DNA of 63,059 nt, the filler included, from Octopus bimaculoides (taxonomy: Eukaryota), in the NCBI RefSeq assembly GCF_001194135.2. It is 4 parts of 4 records of this genome, joined end to end, with 100 filler letters (N's around TTAATTAATTAA, not from the genome) between each part and the next. Parts side by side here need not be neighbours in the genome. Positions count along the whole stretch, not along the records: positions 1 to 31,225 come from NC_068987.1; 3 more parts are not named here. One strand, given 5' to 3'. The notes under the pieces are model-generated. The model ran no database searches. It was given only the letters and a program-made list of their open reading frames with translations, and was not told where the DNA came from. The translations under genes and the position numbers were made by a program. Positions 13,161-25,909 of this stretch are shown one piece after another. The stretch's first letter is position 1. The number at the start of each line of letters is the position of its first letter.

Positions 13161-16100
13161 TTCATATACCCACAACCGATTGGACTGATGGAAAAGAAAA
13201 CAAATCTAACATCAGGTTACAAGCCAGCTTAGATGACAAGAACCCTCTTAAGTATCCTAACTGTCCCTAATATCACTGTTTTCCTGAGCTGTATTAAACT
13301 GGGTTTTATGCTAATTTCCTCTATCCATCAGTTCAAATCTCTATGGATAATTCGTAACGCACATATAACTACCGGGATACATTTTGCACGCACTTTCCAT
13401 AGTATATGTAATTCAATGGCTAATTCCTGGTACTTTGCTATTTTTCTGTACATCTCATATTTATTTTTTTCTATTCCCTTTATCTGCTACTACAAAATCA
13501 GGCCTTCTAGCTTCTATTACTCTGTAAGCCTGAACTTTAAAGACCCACAACATCTTTTTCTTACATTCTAGTATTTTCTCAGTTTCGTGTATATACTATT
13601 TATTAGTGTGTTCAAATCCTAAATTTCTACATAACTCCCAGTGGATCACTTTCCCTAGGTTATCATGTCTTTTCTTGTATTCTTTCTGCCCCAGCATGCT
13701 ACGTTCACTTACAATATGAGTAAAGCTTTCCTCTTTTTATTTGAGTAATCTATATTGGGAATCTACATGGTGTTTGCCTATCTTGGTTTTTATCCAATTA
13801 ATATTTTATGCTTGATCCTGTGCAGCTACTGACTAGATTTCTGTCTCTCTCTTCAAATTTCATTTTTGCATTTATAGCCATGTCTCATTAGTACTATTTG
13901 CTGAATCTATCTTTAGGAATCTACCATGCACCGCCGTCTCCTGCCAGTTAGATAATTTGCGTATTTTCTTCCAGTTTTTAATTTCCTTCGGGTTTATGGT
14001 TTCCTTATGTCTTGCTGTGACTCTAGCAGCTTTTAATAAACTTTCTTCACTATTCCTTACATAGGAGTCTATATATATATACTAGCTAACTCCACGTAGT
14101 CTTCTACTGGTATTAACCCTCTTCCACTTTTCTTTCTAGGTAGGTATGATCTTGCTACTCCTGCCCTTGGGTGGAATCTTACATTCATATTGAATTCTTT
14201 CCTAGTTCTTCTGTCTAGATTTGCAAAATCAGTTTTTGTCCAACCTACAAAAGCTAATGAGTATCTAAGTAATGATACTGCCCAAATATTTACAGCCTTC
14301 ACTAGATTAGGACCATCTATCTTTACATGCATTAACTTTGTCGCTCTTCTGATGTGCTCATCAATTTTCATTTTCATTTTTACAGATAGTATTCTGTCAG
14401 ATTCTTATACTCCTTGATACTTATAACTATTTCCTTGTATCAATGATTTTAATGTCTGACCATCTGGTAATTGATGCCTTCGCTTTTGACAACATATTCT
14501 CTTCTCATGGTTAATATTGCACAGTTATCTATGCCAAATTCCATGCCTATATATTTGCTCAAGTGTCTTAGAGTCTATATTAAAGAATCTATCTCTTTTA
14601 CATTCTTACTAAACTGGTTCAGATGATTCATGTAGAGCAAATGGTCAAATTTTCAATTACTATGTCTGAACTGATAGCCTGTCTTTGCCTTCCTTAATAC
14701 TAAACTGAGAAGGACCAAACATAAGACAAATATTAAAGGGGAACACGAGTCCCCCGGGAAAATTCCTCTTTTGATATTAACTCCCCCTAAGTGTATGTCA
14801 GCTGAGTAGAGATCTACTTTTCATTTCTTCAAGCTACAGCTAATTAATTCACCTTTTCTGTCTGTTATACTAAATACACTCGCGCATTCGCTTGGTCAAT
14901 AGTTGCTAGCTGTATTACCTTTGCTCTTATCTTTCATAAGGAATTTTGTCCGCCATCTAACCATCCAATCTGGTATCATTCTTCCATTAAGGCAATCCTG
15001 AAGTTGTTCTCTCAGCCTCTCATGTATACTACTAAATTTCTGTAACTAGTATCCTTGAAATAAAACTGATCCTGGGCCCTTCAAATTCAGCATTTTCCTA
15101 ACACGTTACTCATTATTGCACTAGTTAGTCTTAGACCTGGCTACTTCTCATAAACTACTTTTCCTTCACTAACTTTATCCATACTGCATCTCCATTATGG
15201 TTGTCTGGCTTATCCCAAATATCACTCCAAAACTCCCTAGCTTCCTCCGCATTAGGTTTCTTTAGTGTCAGAAGAAGAAAATGATTGCAGGAAGACGGCT
15301 AGAAGAACGCATCTTCCCTTGTGTATAGAGAAAGCGGTTCTAAATGAAGTAAAAGCTAGAAAGAAAAATCTAACAATAACATGAATCGATTATAGGAAAA
15401 CCTATGAATGATCCCACACTCAGACATAAGCGAATGTTTGAGTATATTTAGTATAACAGACAACAAACGATAATCAATTTGCTTTGGCATATTCAGACGT
15501 TGGTCTCTACCATTTATTTGGTTATAAAATCTCCTCTGGTCTGTCTCAAATAATCTATTCTGTTGATACTGATCTAGCCTTTGTGATATCTGGAGAGCTT
15601 GCCTCCTACTGCTACTATACGTTATTTCGACTCTTCTATTACTGTCCTAAATACTTTCTCTTTGTCTAAGTATTTTTTTGTCAAGGAAATATTTGCATCG
15701 TGTGTTTCCTAACTTGTTAAGTTTCCAGGCTTCTATTCTACTCAGAACTTGTGTTAATGTCTGCAATTTATTTTGTAGTCTTCTTTTCCACATTTGGCCT
15801 TTTTAATCTTTCCCGGTGAAATATTTAATCTTCTAGTGACTACTACTCCTCCTGCATAGATAAGTAAGTTAGTGTCTCCTATATTTTTAGTATCTATCCT
15901 ACTAATAATAGAATCTACTTTCCTAGTCATTTCTAGCAGCTTCCTTCCGTTCGTGCCTTTGAAATCTGGCAAAATTTATCTTTCTTCTTTAGTCATTACA
16001 TCCTGCAACTCATCTAAAATCTTCTGATCTCCCTCACTTAAATCACTTAAGTGGCTGGTGCCAGCTGTCCCTTCTTCATTGGTTGCGCTATTACTATCTT

Positions 16101-16464
16101 TTTCCCTTGGGGTTCTTCTTTGGTTTGAGCTGTATCTCTTATATTGCTGTTTGTCTTTCCTACTGTCTGGTGTTCTTTCCCAGTTCTCTTGTGATCTCTT
16201 CTAGCTCCAATTCTGTCATTTACCTTGTTCTCCTGATAGCATTAGGTTGAGCTAGTAATCTCTGCTCAATCCCTTTAAACATAATCTTTTCTTCCCAAAG
16301 TGTTAACATCTGTTTTCTATAGCCCCTTTTTGGGGTTTTCTTTCTAAGTAGCACTCCATCACTATCCTGATTTCTTCGTTAGTGCAACTAATTTATTATC
16401 TGCAGATTCTGTATTGGGATAACAGCTGTGGTTACTCTGCATCTTTACTTAACCACTGCCGAGT
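13161..16464 (-). mobile_element. Near full-length R4/Dong-clade non-LTR retrotransposon (RT, zinc knuckle, restriction-like endonuclease), decayed
   Basis: VMECYL..RGYRKQM..EQRL; QYQQNRLFETDQRRFY; PNAEEAREFWSDIW; AVNIWAVSLLRYS..LDRRTRK..YLPRKKSGRGL; AAQDQ; RHDNLGKVIHW; RRPDFVV; KYQELA; TVILGTVRILKRVL*. Confidence 0.93.
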
Positions 16465-16498
16465 ATAATAATAATAATAATTATAATTATTATCATTA

Positions 16499-16574
<76 letters not shown>

Positions 16575-16575
16575 C
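16465..16575. repeat. (TAA)/(TTA)n microsatellite flanking the Dong element 5' end
   Basis: Direct repeat tract. Confidence 0.96.
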
Positions 16576-16944
16576 ACTATCATTACTATCAATCTCACAA
16601 GGCCTGATATTTGTGGAGAACAGCTAAATTGATGAAGTCGACTTCGTAGGAATAAAAGGCGTAGTTTAGCTCACGGGGTGTGAGCTCAAACGTTAAAAAA
16701 TTGGAAGAAATATCTCAATGTATATCACCCAGAACTCAAATGATTCTGACGGTTATCATATTCAAACATTTAACTTGTCAATTTATTTCATTGTTCACTA
16801 TGACATCGGTGTCAGTTGAAATTCAATAATGTGGTGGTCCAGTCCCCATGCCAAGATTTGAAACTACTTTGCTCCTGATCTCCGAGCAGCCAGCACCGCA
16901 CTGGCATACATATAACACACATATATACATCCATCCATACATCC

Positions 16945-17004
<60 letters not shown>

Positions 17005-18833
17005 AGTGATATATGTACGCATACGTGAACGTATACATTAACGACTACTATTGGCAATGAATGGAAGGAAGTTTTTGTAAAATTCTCGCCTCAAAAACAA
17101 TGAAGTGCTGGACGCAGCGAATTACCGTTTATGCTGAATTGAATTGGTGTCTTTCATGTCTCTCGTAACCAATGCGCTACTCGTTGTGCAATGAACAAGA
17201 GGAAAGATATGTTCCAAATTCTGAAATGGTGAATATACGATTGATAAACTACCTGAATTTTGGAATACTTAGTGAGACTAAATTTTGTAGATTTCAAAAT
17301 GCACAGGAGTCATTACGGCCAATGAAATCTATGTAGACGCTTTTCAGTTCTTTTAGTATGATAACTAGTACGCTGAAATTATATATGGGACCAGGCCCAA
17401 AAGTTGTAAAATACCTGCCATGGGATATTGCTGACTGCTAGTTTCTCTACGACCACGATGTCGCGCTTGCTCACTTATAAACCTCCATAGAAACCTAATG
17501 TGTAAAATCCACCAATAACACTGCTCGACTGGTAGAGGGCTGTCACAGCCCCTGATGATAGTCGATGTACGCTGGATTCAGGAATAAATCTATGACAAAG
17601 AAACAAACTGTGGAGAGTGCGAGTCTCAAATGGCTTTAAAAAAATAAAATTTATAAATCAAACTTTCTAACCAACCCGATACGAAGACAAATCTATCATA
17701 TATTGTCAACTACGGCCAGGAAATGAAGCGATATTTGATAAAGTTTTCTTTATAACCGAATATAATATATTGTAAAAGAAATGAAGAAAATATCCAAATA
17801 TAATTCTGGAGGTAGTAACCCAAACTGAAAGCACAGTCACTCTTTCTAATAACAAGTGGCTTAGAAAGAATTAAAAGCAAGAGCATTAAAGAACAAAGAC
17901 TATAGGAATATACACCATACTGAAAATATCACTGGTATGTACAGTGCATGGATATATGTTAGAGTATGCTAAATAAAGGGAAATGAGTGAAAACTCTTTT
18001 AAGTACCCAAGTCCGAAATGTTCCGTTTGGTAATGCAGTGTAAGTACGCATTAAAATTACAAGTGAAAAATAATAATACTAATACAAAAATTATTAGCAT
18101 ACTTAAGTAATATAACAGTAATCAATTAGAGATAATACGAAAACAAAATGAAAATTAATCATTGTATTGAATATTATGTTCAGTATATTCCATATTTTTT
18201 TTAGTTTCTTCCATCACAAACAGCTGTGCTAAGCTTCCCTTAAAATTTTGATGCATTAAAAGTTTCTGTTTTGCAAATAACAAAGTCTCATTTAAACGAG
18301 TAAAAGTCAATGAAAATAGTGATCAATCTTTCAAACTGATTAGTATTAATTTTCTTCCTACGTTAAAGAAGTAACATATGTGACTGAAGGAAAAATTTAA
18401 ATATTTATATCGTAAATTGGTTTATATTTTATATAAACTTACTTGCTTTTTAATTTTGTGTTTCTTGTATGCTGTCTGTTTCTGTTGTGGTAATAGCCAA
18501 GATAGAATATCATCATACTAAAAGCAGAACACATAGTGGTTGGAGGTTCCACTGTTCAAACAGCAAATAAAGAATGAAGAAAAGCTGTAATGCATACCTT
18601 TGATTCCGACTACGATATACATTCTTCCATAACATCTCATTTTATTTTAAGTTAAGTATTGTACGTTGAGTTAGTTGTGATGTGATGTCGTTGTGGTTAT
18701 TGTTGTATTTTAGCCCCAGGAAATATTTTGCATAACATAACTATGACGATGTAATTTTATTAGATAGCAGATCCATACGTATGTTGAATGGAAACAGTTG
18801 CATTTTGTGAGATCAACACTTCAACTTCCGTGT

Positions 18834-19080
<247 letters not shown>

Positions 19081-20213
19081 GAATCACTTTCACGGAAATT
19101 GCTACCTAGTCGGAGTGTATAGGTGGTGAAATTAGTTGTAGGAATACATACTAATTCTAACTCTAAGACGAGTCTCTCTACATATAATCAAGGAAAAACA
19201 ATTTCTATCGCTAAAACGAATATAAGGGTGTCCTCAACGTAAGAAGAATAGTTCCCATTCCTTGTTTCATTTATTTGATCAAGCTTATGCTTGAGTCACG
19301 TACGTTCATACTGGCAATAAATATTTCACATGTGCTGATCTTAGAGGAGTTTCGTTTTGTACAGAAATGATTGATGAATGTTTGTTTTTTTTTTAATTTG
19401 GCTTTAACATGTGAGACGAGCTAAAGTAAATCATTTGGTAAAGATAATTCAGAGTATATCTGATCGCGATGGGAAATCGCGATAGGAATGTATATCTGAT
19501 CATTATGGGAAATAATGATATTCGATATGAGGTACACTGCGGAAAGACAACTTTTAATTTTCCTTGTTTGAGTTGAAACATCTGTGTTATAAATGTTAAA
19601 TAAATACGCCGAATGGTAGTCAAACGTGGTACTTGTAGCTCCAGAAAGTGGCTTCATCGGCTAAGGCATATGTAAAATTTAAAGAGAGCGCTAATTTATT
19701 ATACCATGAAATATCAAAGATAACGGATATTGCAATACACATCATCTTTTAAGTTTTTTGCTTTGTTTTCTCTAGAGTATGTGTATAGATCAATTTTGAG
19801 TATACTTCAACGGTCGATTCCTAGATAAGAATAGTGATTCTTTTCAGTGACAGAAACGAAATTCCTATATCATTATGATACGATAGCTTTCTGTCTGAAG
19901 TCAAAATATAAGTTTGTACGTTTCTGATGTTTACCATTGAATCAGGTTTGATAACTATAAATTTAATAGCTATAATCCGGTATTTCTCTAAACTACAGTA
20001 TGTATAGAATCACATCGCACAATGTGTATTTCTATTTATAACACAGTATGGCTTGAATTGAAGTTGTAATTGAGATTTCAGACACATCATTCTACGGCAT
20101 AAAGGCTTGATTGCTGGAGCCATCCATACGTTCAACCACTCACGCACGTACACAAACAAACATTTAAAACAGTGAGTGTGCTTGTATGAATGTACGTTTG
20201 TATGAATTTATGT

Positions 20214-20242
<29 letters not shown>

Positions 20243-20244
<2 letters not shown>

Positions 20245-20515
20245 AAGGGTGAATAACATATTTGAGGTCATATTTGTTTATAAAAAAAGAGATTATATAA
20301 TAATGTTATTTATCAAAACATGCTATGAGGCTAAAACTAAACATTTTTTTCTATAATGTTATTCAATAAATCAACCTTCAACTTCAACAATTGCTTCTAT
20401 ATCAGATCTAGATCATCTACATGCTCAAATCTAGTCGTCCTTGTTTATTTTGAACATTACTTTGACGATGGCAGCTTTCAAAGAATCTTTGGTGTTATTG
20501 GGCGTGTTCATTGAC

Positions 20516-20553
<38 letters not shown>

Positions 20554-20563
20554 NNNNNNNNNN

Positions 20564-20601
<38 letters not shown>

Positions 20602-21576
20602 TCTATCTGAACAACCCTCCACATGTAACAGTACAATGGATTGATATCTGGTGAATTAGAAGACCAAATCTTAGGGATAATGCTATCAGGAAAATTTTCA
20701 ACCATCCATTCCTATGGTACTAGAACCATTTGTGAAAGTGCAGAGTCTTACTGAAAAAAAATATGACATTCTATTGCATACACTGTCTATCCAGAACTAA
20801 GAATTATTTCCAGGATCTCAATGTAGGCGGCAGAGTTAACTGTAAGGTCTTGTGGAAAGAAGTAAGGAGGCATCACATGTCCTTCATTACTGACAACCCC
20901 AAAAATTATGACAGTTTCAGGAACTTTTGCAAGCAAAACATGTGGAATTTCGGAAGGGTCTGCACATAACAATCTGTCATTTATTCTGTTAACTTTTTGA
21001 TCTTGGTCGAGTTTTTTCTAGCTGGAGAAAAACTAAATCAAATCCTCTTCTGTTGGATTTTTCAGTTTGATTAAGACCCTTTTAGATCTGGTGCAGAGAT
21101 TTTCTTTTTTATTTGTCTGACAAATTGTCCTTTACTCATCATATAAGTCTTATATCTGATGTCTTCGTGGTCAACATTTCTGACTGTTTCTTCTGACTCA
21201 CCGAGATCTTTTGCAATTGACCTCATGGACTTTCTGGGATTGTAATCAATGGTCTATTGAACTTGCTGGATAAATTCAGGCGTTCTGATGATTGCAATGC
21301 GTTTAGAATGTTTTTCTTTGCTTTCAGACTTGTGAAATATTTCCATCTTCATTCTCTAGCTCCTTACAAACCTTGTAGATGAATGATCTGGCAACTTTTA
21401 AAAATCGAGATATTTCTAAATCGCAATATTCAGCCTTTATAACCATAATAACATCATTCCTCATCATTTCTTGAGTAAGCTGAGGGTCTGTCATTATTAT
21501 TTTCTGAAACAAAGATTATACAGAACAACAAATGCAGCAATGACTTTAAAATGGTATGTGCTCAAATACCCTGTGT
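20243..21576 (-). mobile_element. maT-family (DD37D) Tc1/mariner transposon remnant, interrupted by (CT)n
   Basis: HEDIRYKTY, GVVSNEGHVMPP, FQ*DSAL...WSSNSPDINPLY with 37 residues between the second D and the third catalytic position (mutated to Y); degenerate AGGGT..ATTTGAG termini. Confidence 0.87.
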
Positions 21577-21588
21577 AACCTGTATGTA

Positions 21589-21620
<32 letters not shown>

Positions 21621-21640
21621 AGTATATATATACATATGGT

Positions 21641-22400
21641 ATTAATTTTAGCCTTAAATGGGAAATTATAAGAAAAGCTCAACCTTATAGAAGTAATAGA
21701 TATGGATGTGAATTGTGTTCTATGGAAATATATGAACATCTAATCTATATTAAATTCTATATATATTAACATCTATATATATTAACATCTAATCTACTTA
21801 AATCAATCATCAGATTCCTGTAATGACTATCCTTGTTATTTCCTAATATCCTTTCTTTTTTCAGTCCCTTAAACCTTAGTAAGCACATTATTATAAACTA
21901 ATATAAATCCGATAATAATTTTTATTTTTTATTCACATTATATAAATAAAGCTTACCTATGTGTCTCCTAAATAGTATCATTATCTTATCTTCAGAAAAA
22001 ACAATTTTTAAGATAATTCAAAATAGTTTTCATGATCACTATATACTTAATATCCTTAAATTTTACACCCTATCCAGAGCCCCTGAATTCAATATTGACC
22101 TTATTTCATGATTTTTGTGGAAAATAATTACATCTCATTTTACTTATTTTATTTATTTATTTTATTTTATTAACATACCTCTTATTGTGAAAACATTGGT
22201 TAGAGTATTGTTGTTCTCTGTACCACTATACTGTTACTCTATTCAGACTAAAAGTAAAAAACCTATTTGACCCATATACCTAGGGTTGTAATTCCTCAAC
22301 ATTAATTCCTCAACATTTTGATAGTAGTAAAATGACCTGATACTACTATGACCAGTGAAACCTTTAGATTCTAATACATGTTATAGCCTTGCCCATGCAT
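21641..22400 (+). mobile_element. PLE C-terminal fragment plus AT-rich 3' region (different lineage from 1-2270)
   Basis: NFSLKWEIIRKAQPYRSNRYGCELCSMEIYEHL matches the PLE W-I-x-x-A-x-PY...C-x-LC-x-x-E tail; extent of the 3' region is approximate. Confidence 0.65.
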
Positions 22401-25212
22401 ACTGCTTACACCTTCCCTCTCTTTAGAAGTAATTGTCCATTTGCTACCACCACTAGATAAGAAACAATAAAATCTGAGACAGTTAACATTTTTGTCTAGA
22501 ATCCATTACTAGCCTGATAGACTCGGCTATGTCAAGATGGATTTATGTATTCTTCCTCACATTTGGATGTTTATGTATTCTCTCTCCCACTTGGATTTGA
22601 AATGTTGCCACATTTATAATATGTCTTTTCTACAGTAATTTTTTCTGCATTTTCGTGCAGCTCAAGATTGCTCTTCATATTGCATTTAAGGTAATGCTCG
22701 CATTACTTAAATAAATTGAAGTAGCATGAAACGTGCGTACTGCAATCACCTTTGAAATCCGTGTTGCTTATTTTTTTATTTTAATCACCTATTCTTTTGG
22801 GATGCGATATTCGGGTGCCTACGCATAAGTACCATATTCAACCTTGAATCTATATCTAAACCGTCTNNNNNNNNNNNNNNNNNNNNNNNNNNNNNNNNNN
22901 NTATATATATATATGTATGTATGTGTGTATGTATGTATGTATGTATGTATGAATGCATGTATGTATGTATGAATTTCTATGTATGTACACAACCTGTTGT
23001 ACAGTATCCCACCTGCAAGGGACCATTGGAAGATGGGTGGAAACTATCGTCCTTATCAATAAAGATTCTCGTGAAATATGATGTTCTGGCTACTTCATTC
23101 ATTGTGTGTGTGTGTAAATATATTCTGTATGTATGTATGTATGTATCTTTCATTATGCGCTTAGCTTCACAGAATCATATTTGCTGAATTTTTATAAAGG
23201 TTTTGTAAGTAATTCTATTAGCAATTAATGAAATGTAACGTATATGGTAATATTTGTTCTACCCGTATATCCCTTACGCCTTCTTAAATAATTACAGATA
23301 GAGGATGCATATGGAGTAGCTCTTGTTTTGCATTTCATTTGAATTCAGTTTTGGATATCTGATATATCCATTGACAAGTAGTCTCTCGCGAGTTGTCCTC
23401 GATCTCTATTAACTATGCTAAACAAAAGAAAAGGAGAAACTTCAAACATTAAACGTAGTCTAACCATCTTTGAATTTGAATTTTTCTCTATTTTCAGGAA
23501 CAGAACATATTAACAAATGATTTTGACTTTCATAACAGATGTAATGAATTAACATTGTGTGCTTCATCGCATAAATTATGTACGCTATTCTATCTTATTA
23601 AATGAGTTGGTGCACCTTGATATCCAAGCTGCTCAGTATTTAATTTACCTATACGTTTACAAACTTCCGTATTGTTCATTATGCAGTCAATATTAGCAGT
23701 CATTTCAAAGGGTATTGCGACCTGCAATGTACCCTTACAAGCCTTTTCTATTAGATATTCAGTCTGAACACTGAACTTGTTAGAAATAGCAGTGAAATTT
23801 ACTTCAAGTTTTACACTTCAACCTTAAAAGTGGAAAAGCATGTTGGCAATGATTCACGGAATATGATTTCTTGATGAAGGATTTAGAATTTTTACTGTTC
23901 AAAAGAAAATATGAGGAACGCAATGGAAAACATGAAAACAAAATCTGATAATAAAAGACAAAAGGGTGGGTTCATGTGTGCCGGTACATATAGAGTGTGA
24001 ATATATGCGTTTTTATAAGTTTGAATGTGTGTTTGTGTGTGCGTATGTGCGCATGTGTGCATGCGTGTGTGCGTGCGTGTTTGTGCATGTGTGTGTGTCT
24101 GTGTTATCATGTATATGTTTGCATATATCAAAGTAGGTTTATGTAGTTTAAATTTATCTTAAAAGCGGTAAGAATGAAAGAAAAATTAATAGGTTCATGA
24201 GATACATTCATCATTCCAACTAAAACGCTTAAGAATAAATTTTAGCCGTACATTGCTTGACGTGTGTTGCATAATTTAATGTTATGACACAAAATGAATC
24301 ATTATTTCAAGTTAATATTTGTATTTACTTTTTACAAGATGATAAAATATCATCATCCTTTGAAAAGGTTTTACTATGAATAATGAGATAAATATTCTTT
24401 AAAAAATCATCTGAAGAAAGTTAGTTACGTTGTATTTTAGATGTAATGTATGGTGATGTCCATGTATGTTATTAACAACTACGAGATTCTAACGATGTGA
24501 AACAATCTAAAGAGGAGTTATAAGTGAAATGTTACTACCTTTAAGTTTTCAAGGCCTAATTATCTCTCATTCAGGTACGAAACGATCAGTATTTGAGATG
24601 AGGTAAGGGTCAGTCGATTACATCAGTTTCGTACATGATTGTCACTATATTTAATGACTGTGTACCTCGATAGCCATAGGTGGTCTCTACACTATTTAGA
24701 TTCAGAAATTAAAGGACCAGCACAAATATTAAAAGGCAATGCTCAAACAGTTCTACAAATCCGCCTCCACGTGAATGATACTTCCTACTAGCATCCAATG
24801 GTTTGCCTCTAGATATCTGAACACAGGCTACGTTCCACAACTGACTAAGGAAACAATTTTCTTTCACACACATCCATGTTCATCTAAATGAAAGTACACA
24901 TGATACACAGTGTAGTTTAACATACTCGTCAATCAGTATTGAAAGGTCTACACCTTGTTGAAGTTTTCTATATCCACGACATGACGTTCATCTTCTAGCT
25001 TGTGACAGAAAGAAGCTTGCAATACGGTTTCGTTTGTTTTTCATTTGGTTTTATTCTAATTTCCGAATGTTAAATTATGAACAAGACACTCGATTTTGCA
25101 TTTTCTAAATTTAGAAAAATTCCCACTTAACAATAAGGATGTAAGGTATTGCTGACCTATAAATAGAAAGATAATTGCAGTACAAGCATGATTCAATATA
25201 TATGCCTGTTAA

Positions 25213-25405
25213 GACGGTAAGCTGGTAGAATCGTTAGCACGCGGGACAAAATGCTTAGTTTCATTTCGCCTGCCTCTATGTTCTGTTTAAAATCCACCGA
25301 GGTCGAATTTGTATTTGATCCTTAGGGGCCAAACACTGAGGTAAATGCGATCGACGAGTCTCCTGCCACCAAATCTTTGGCCTTGTACTTCTAATAGAAA
25401 GGAAT
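25213..25405 (+). mobile_element. tRNA-derived SINE, family B (diverged)
   Basis: GGTAAGCTGGTAGAATCGTTAGC head; GAGGTCGA..TTTG body shared with other copies. Confidence 0.8.
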
Positions 25406-25858
25406 ATACAGACAACCCTTCAACGGTTTCCTATGAAGGATGCAACACGAACTTACATTTCGTCTGCTGACAGCAAACTACCAGATACTGATTGGTTTGC
25501 GACAAGTAAATGCGAGTTGACTGTTTGTAGACAAATAAAGAGTTAGGAGATACGTAAATATAAACAAATAGATACAGCTATCAAACAAGTGTGTCGTCAA
25601 ATAATGCATATACTTTCATTTCATTTGTCGTCCTTTGGTAAGTAATCATAACGCCAGACCAAAAGGTCTACCTGCAGTTCATGCACCGTACATTCACAGA
25701 GATTACTTCAGTAAATTTACAACAAACTGTCGGTAGTTTCGAAGAAGGATTCGGCAATTATAAATATTTATTCTGGTCCAACATAAAATTGAAGTTCCAA
25801 ATGAACATCGTCCAACCTCCATTTCAAAAATCTGGGAATGGAATGACGTATATATATA

Positions 25859-25909
<51 letters not shown>

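Noticed and set aside
17537-17605. Type III hammerhead (GGGCTG/CAGCCC stem then CTGATGA)
   Set aside because: Triplet before stem I is AGA, not NUH; no adjacent stem II or matching stem III.
22335-22375. Hammerhead remnant CTGATAC...GTGAAACC after the PLE fragment
   Set aside because: Core and stem III too degenerate to call.
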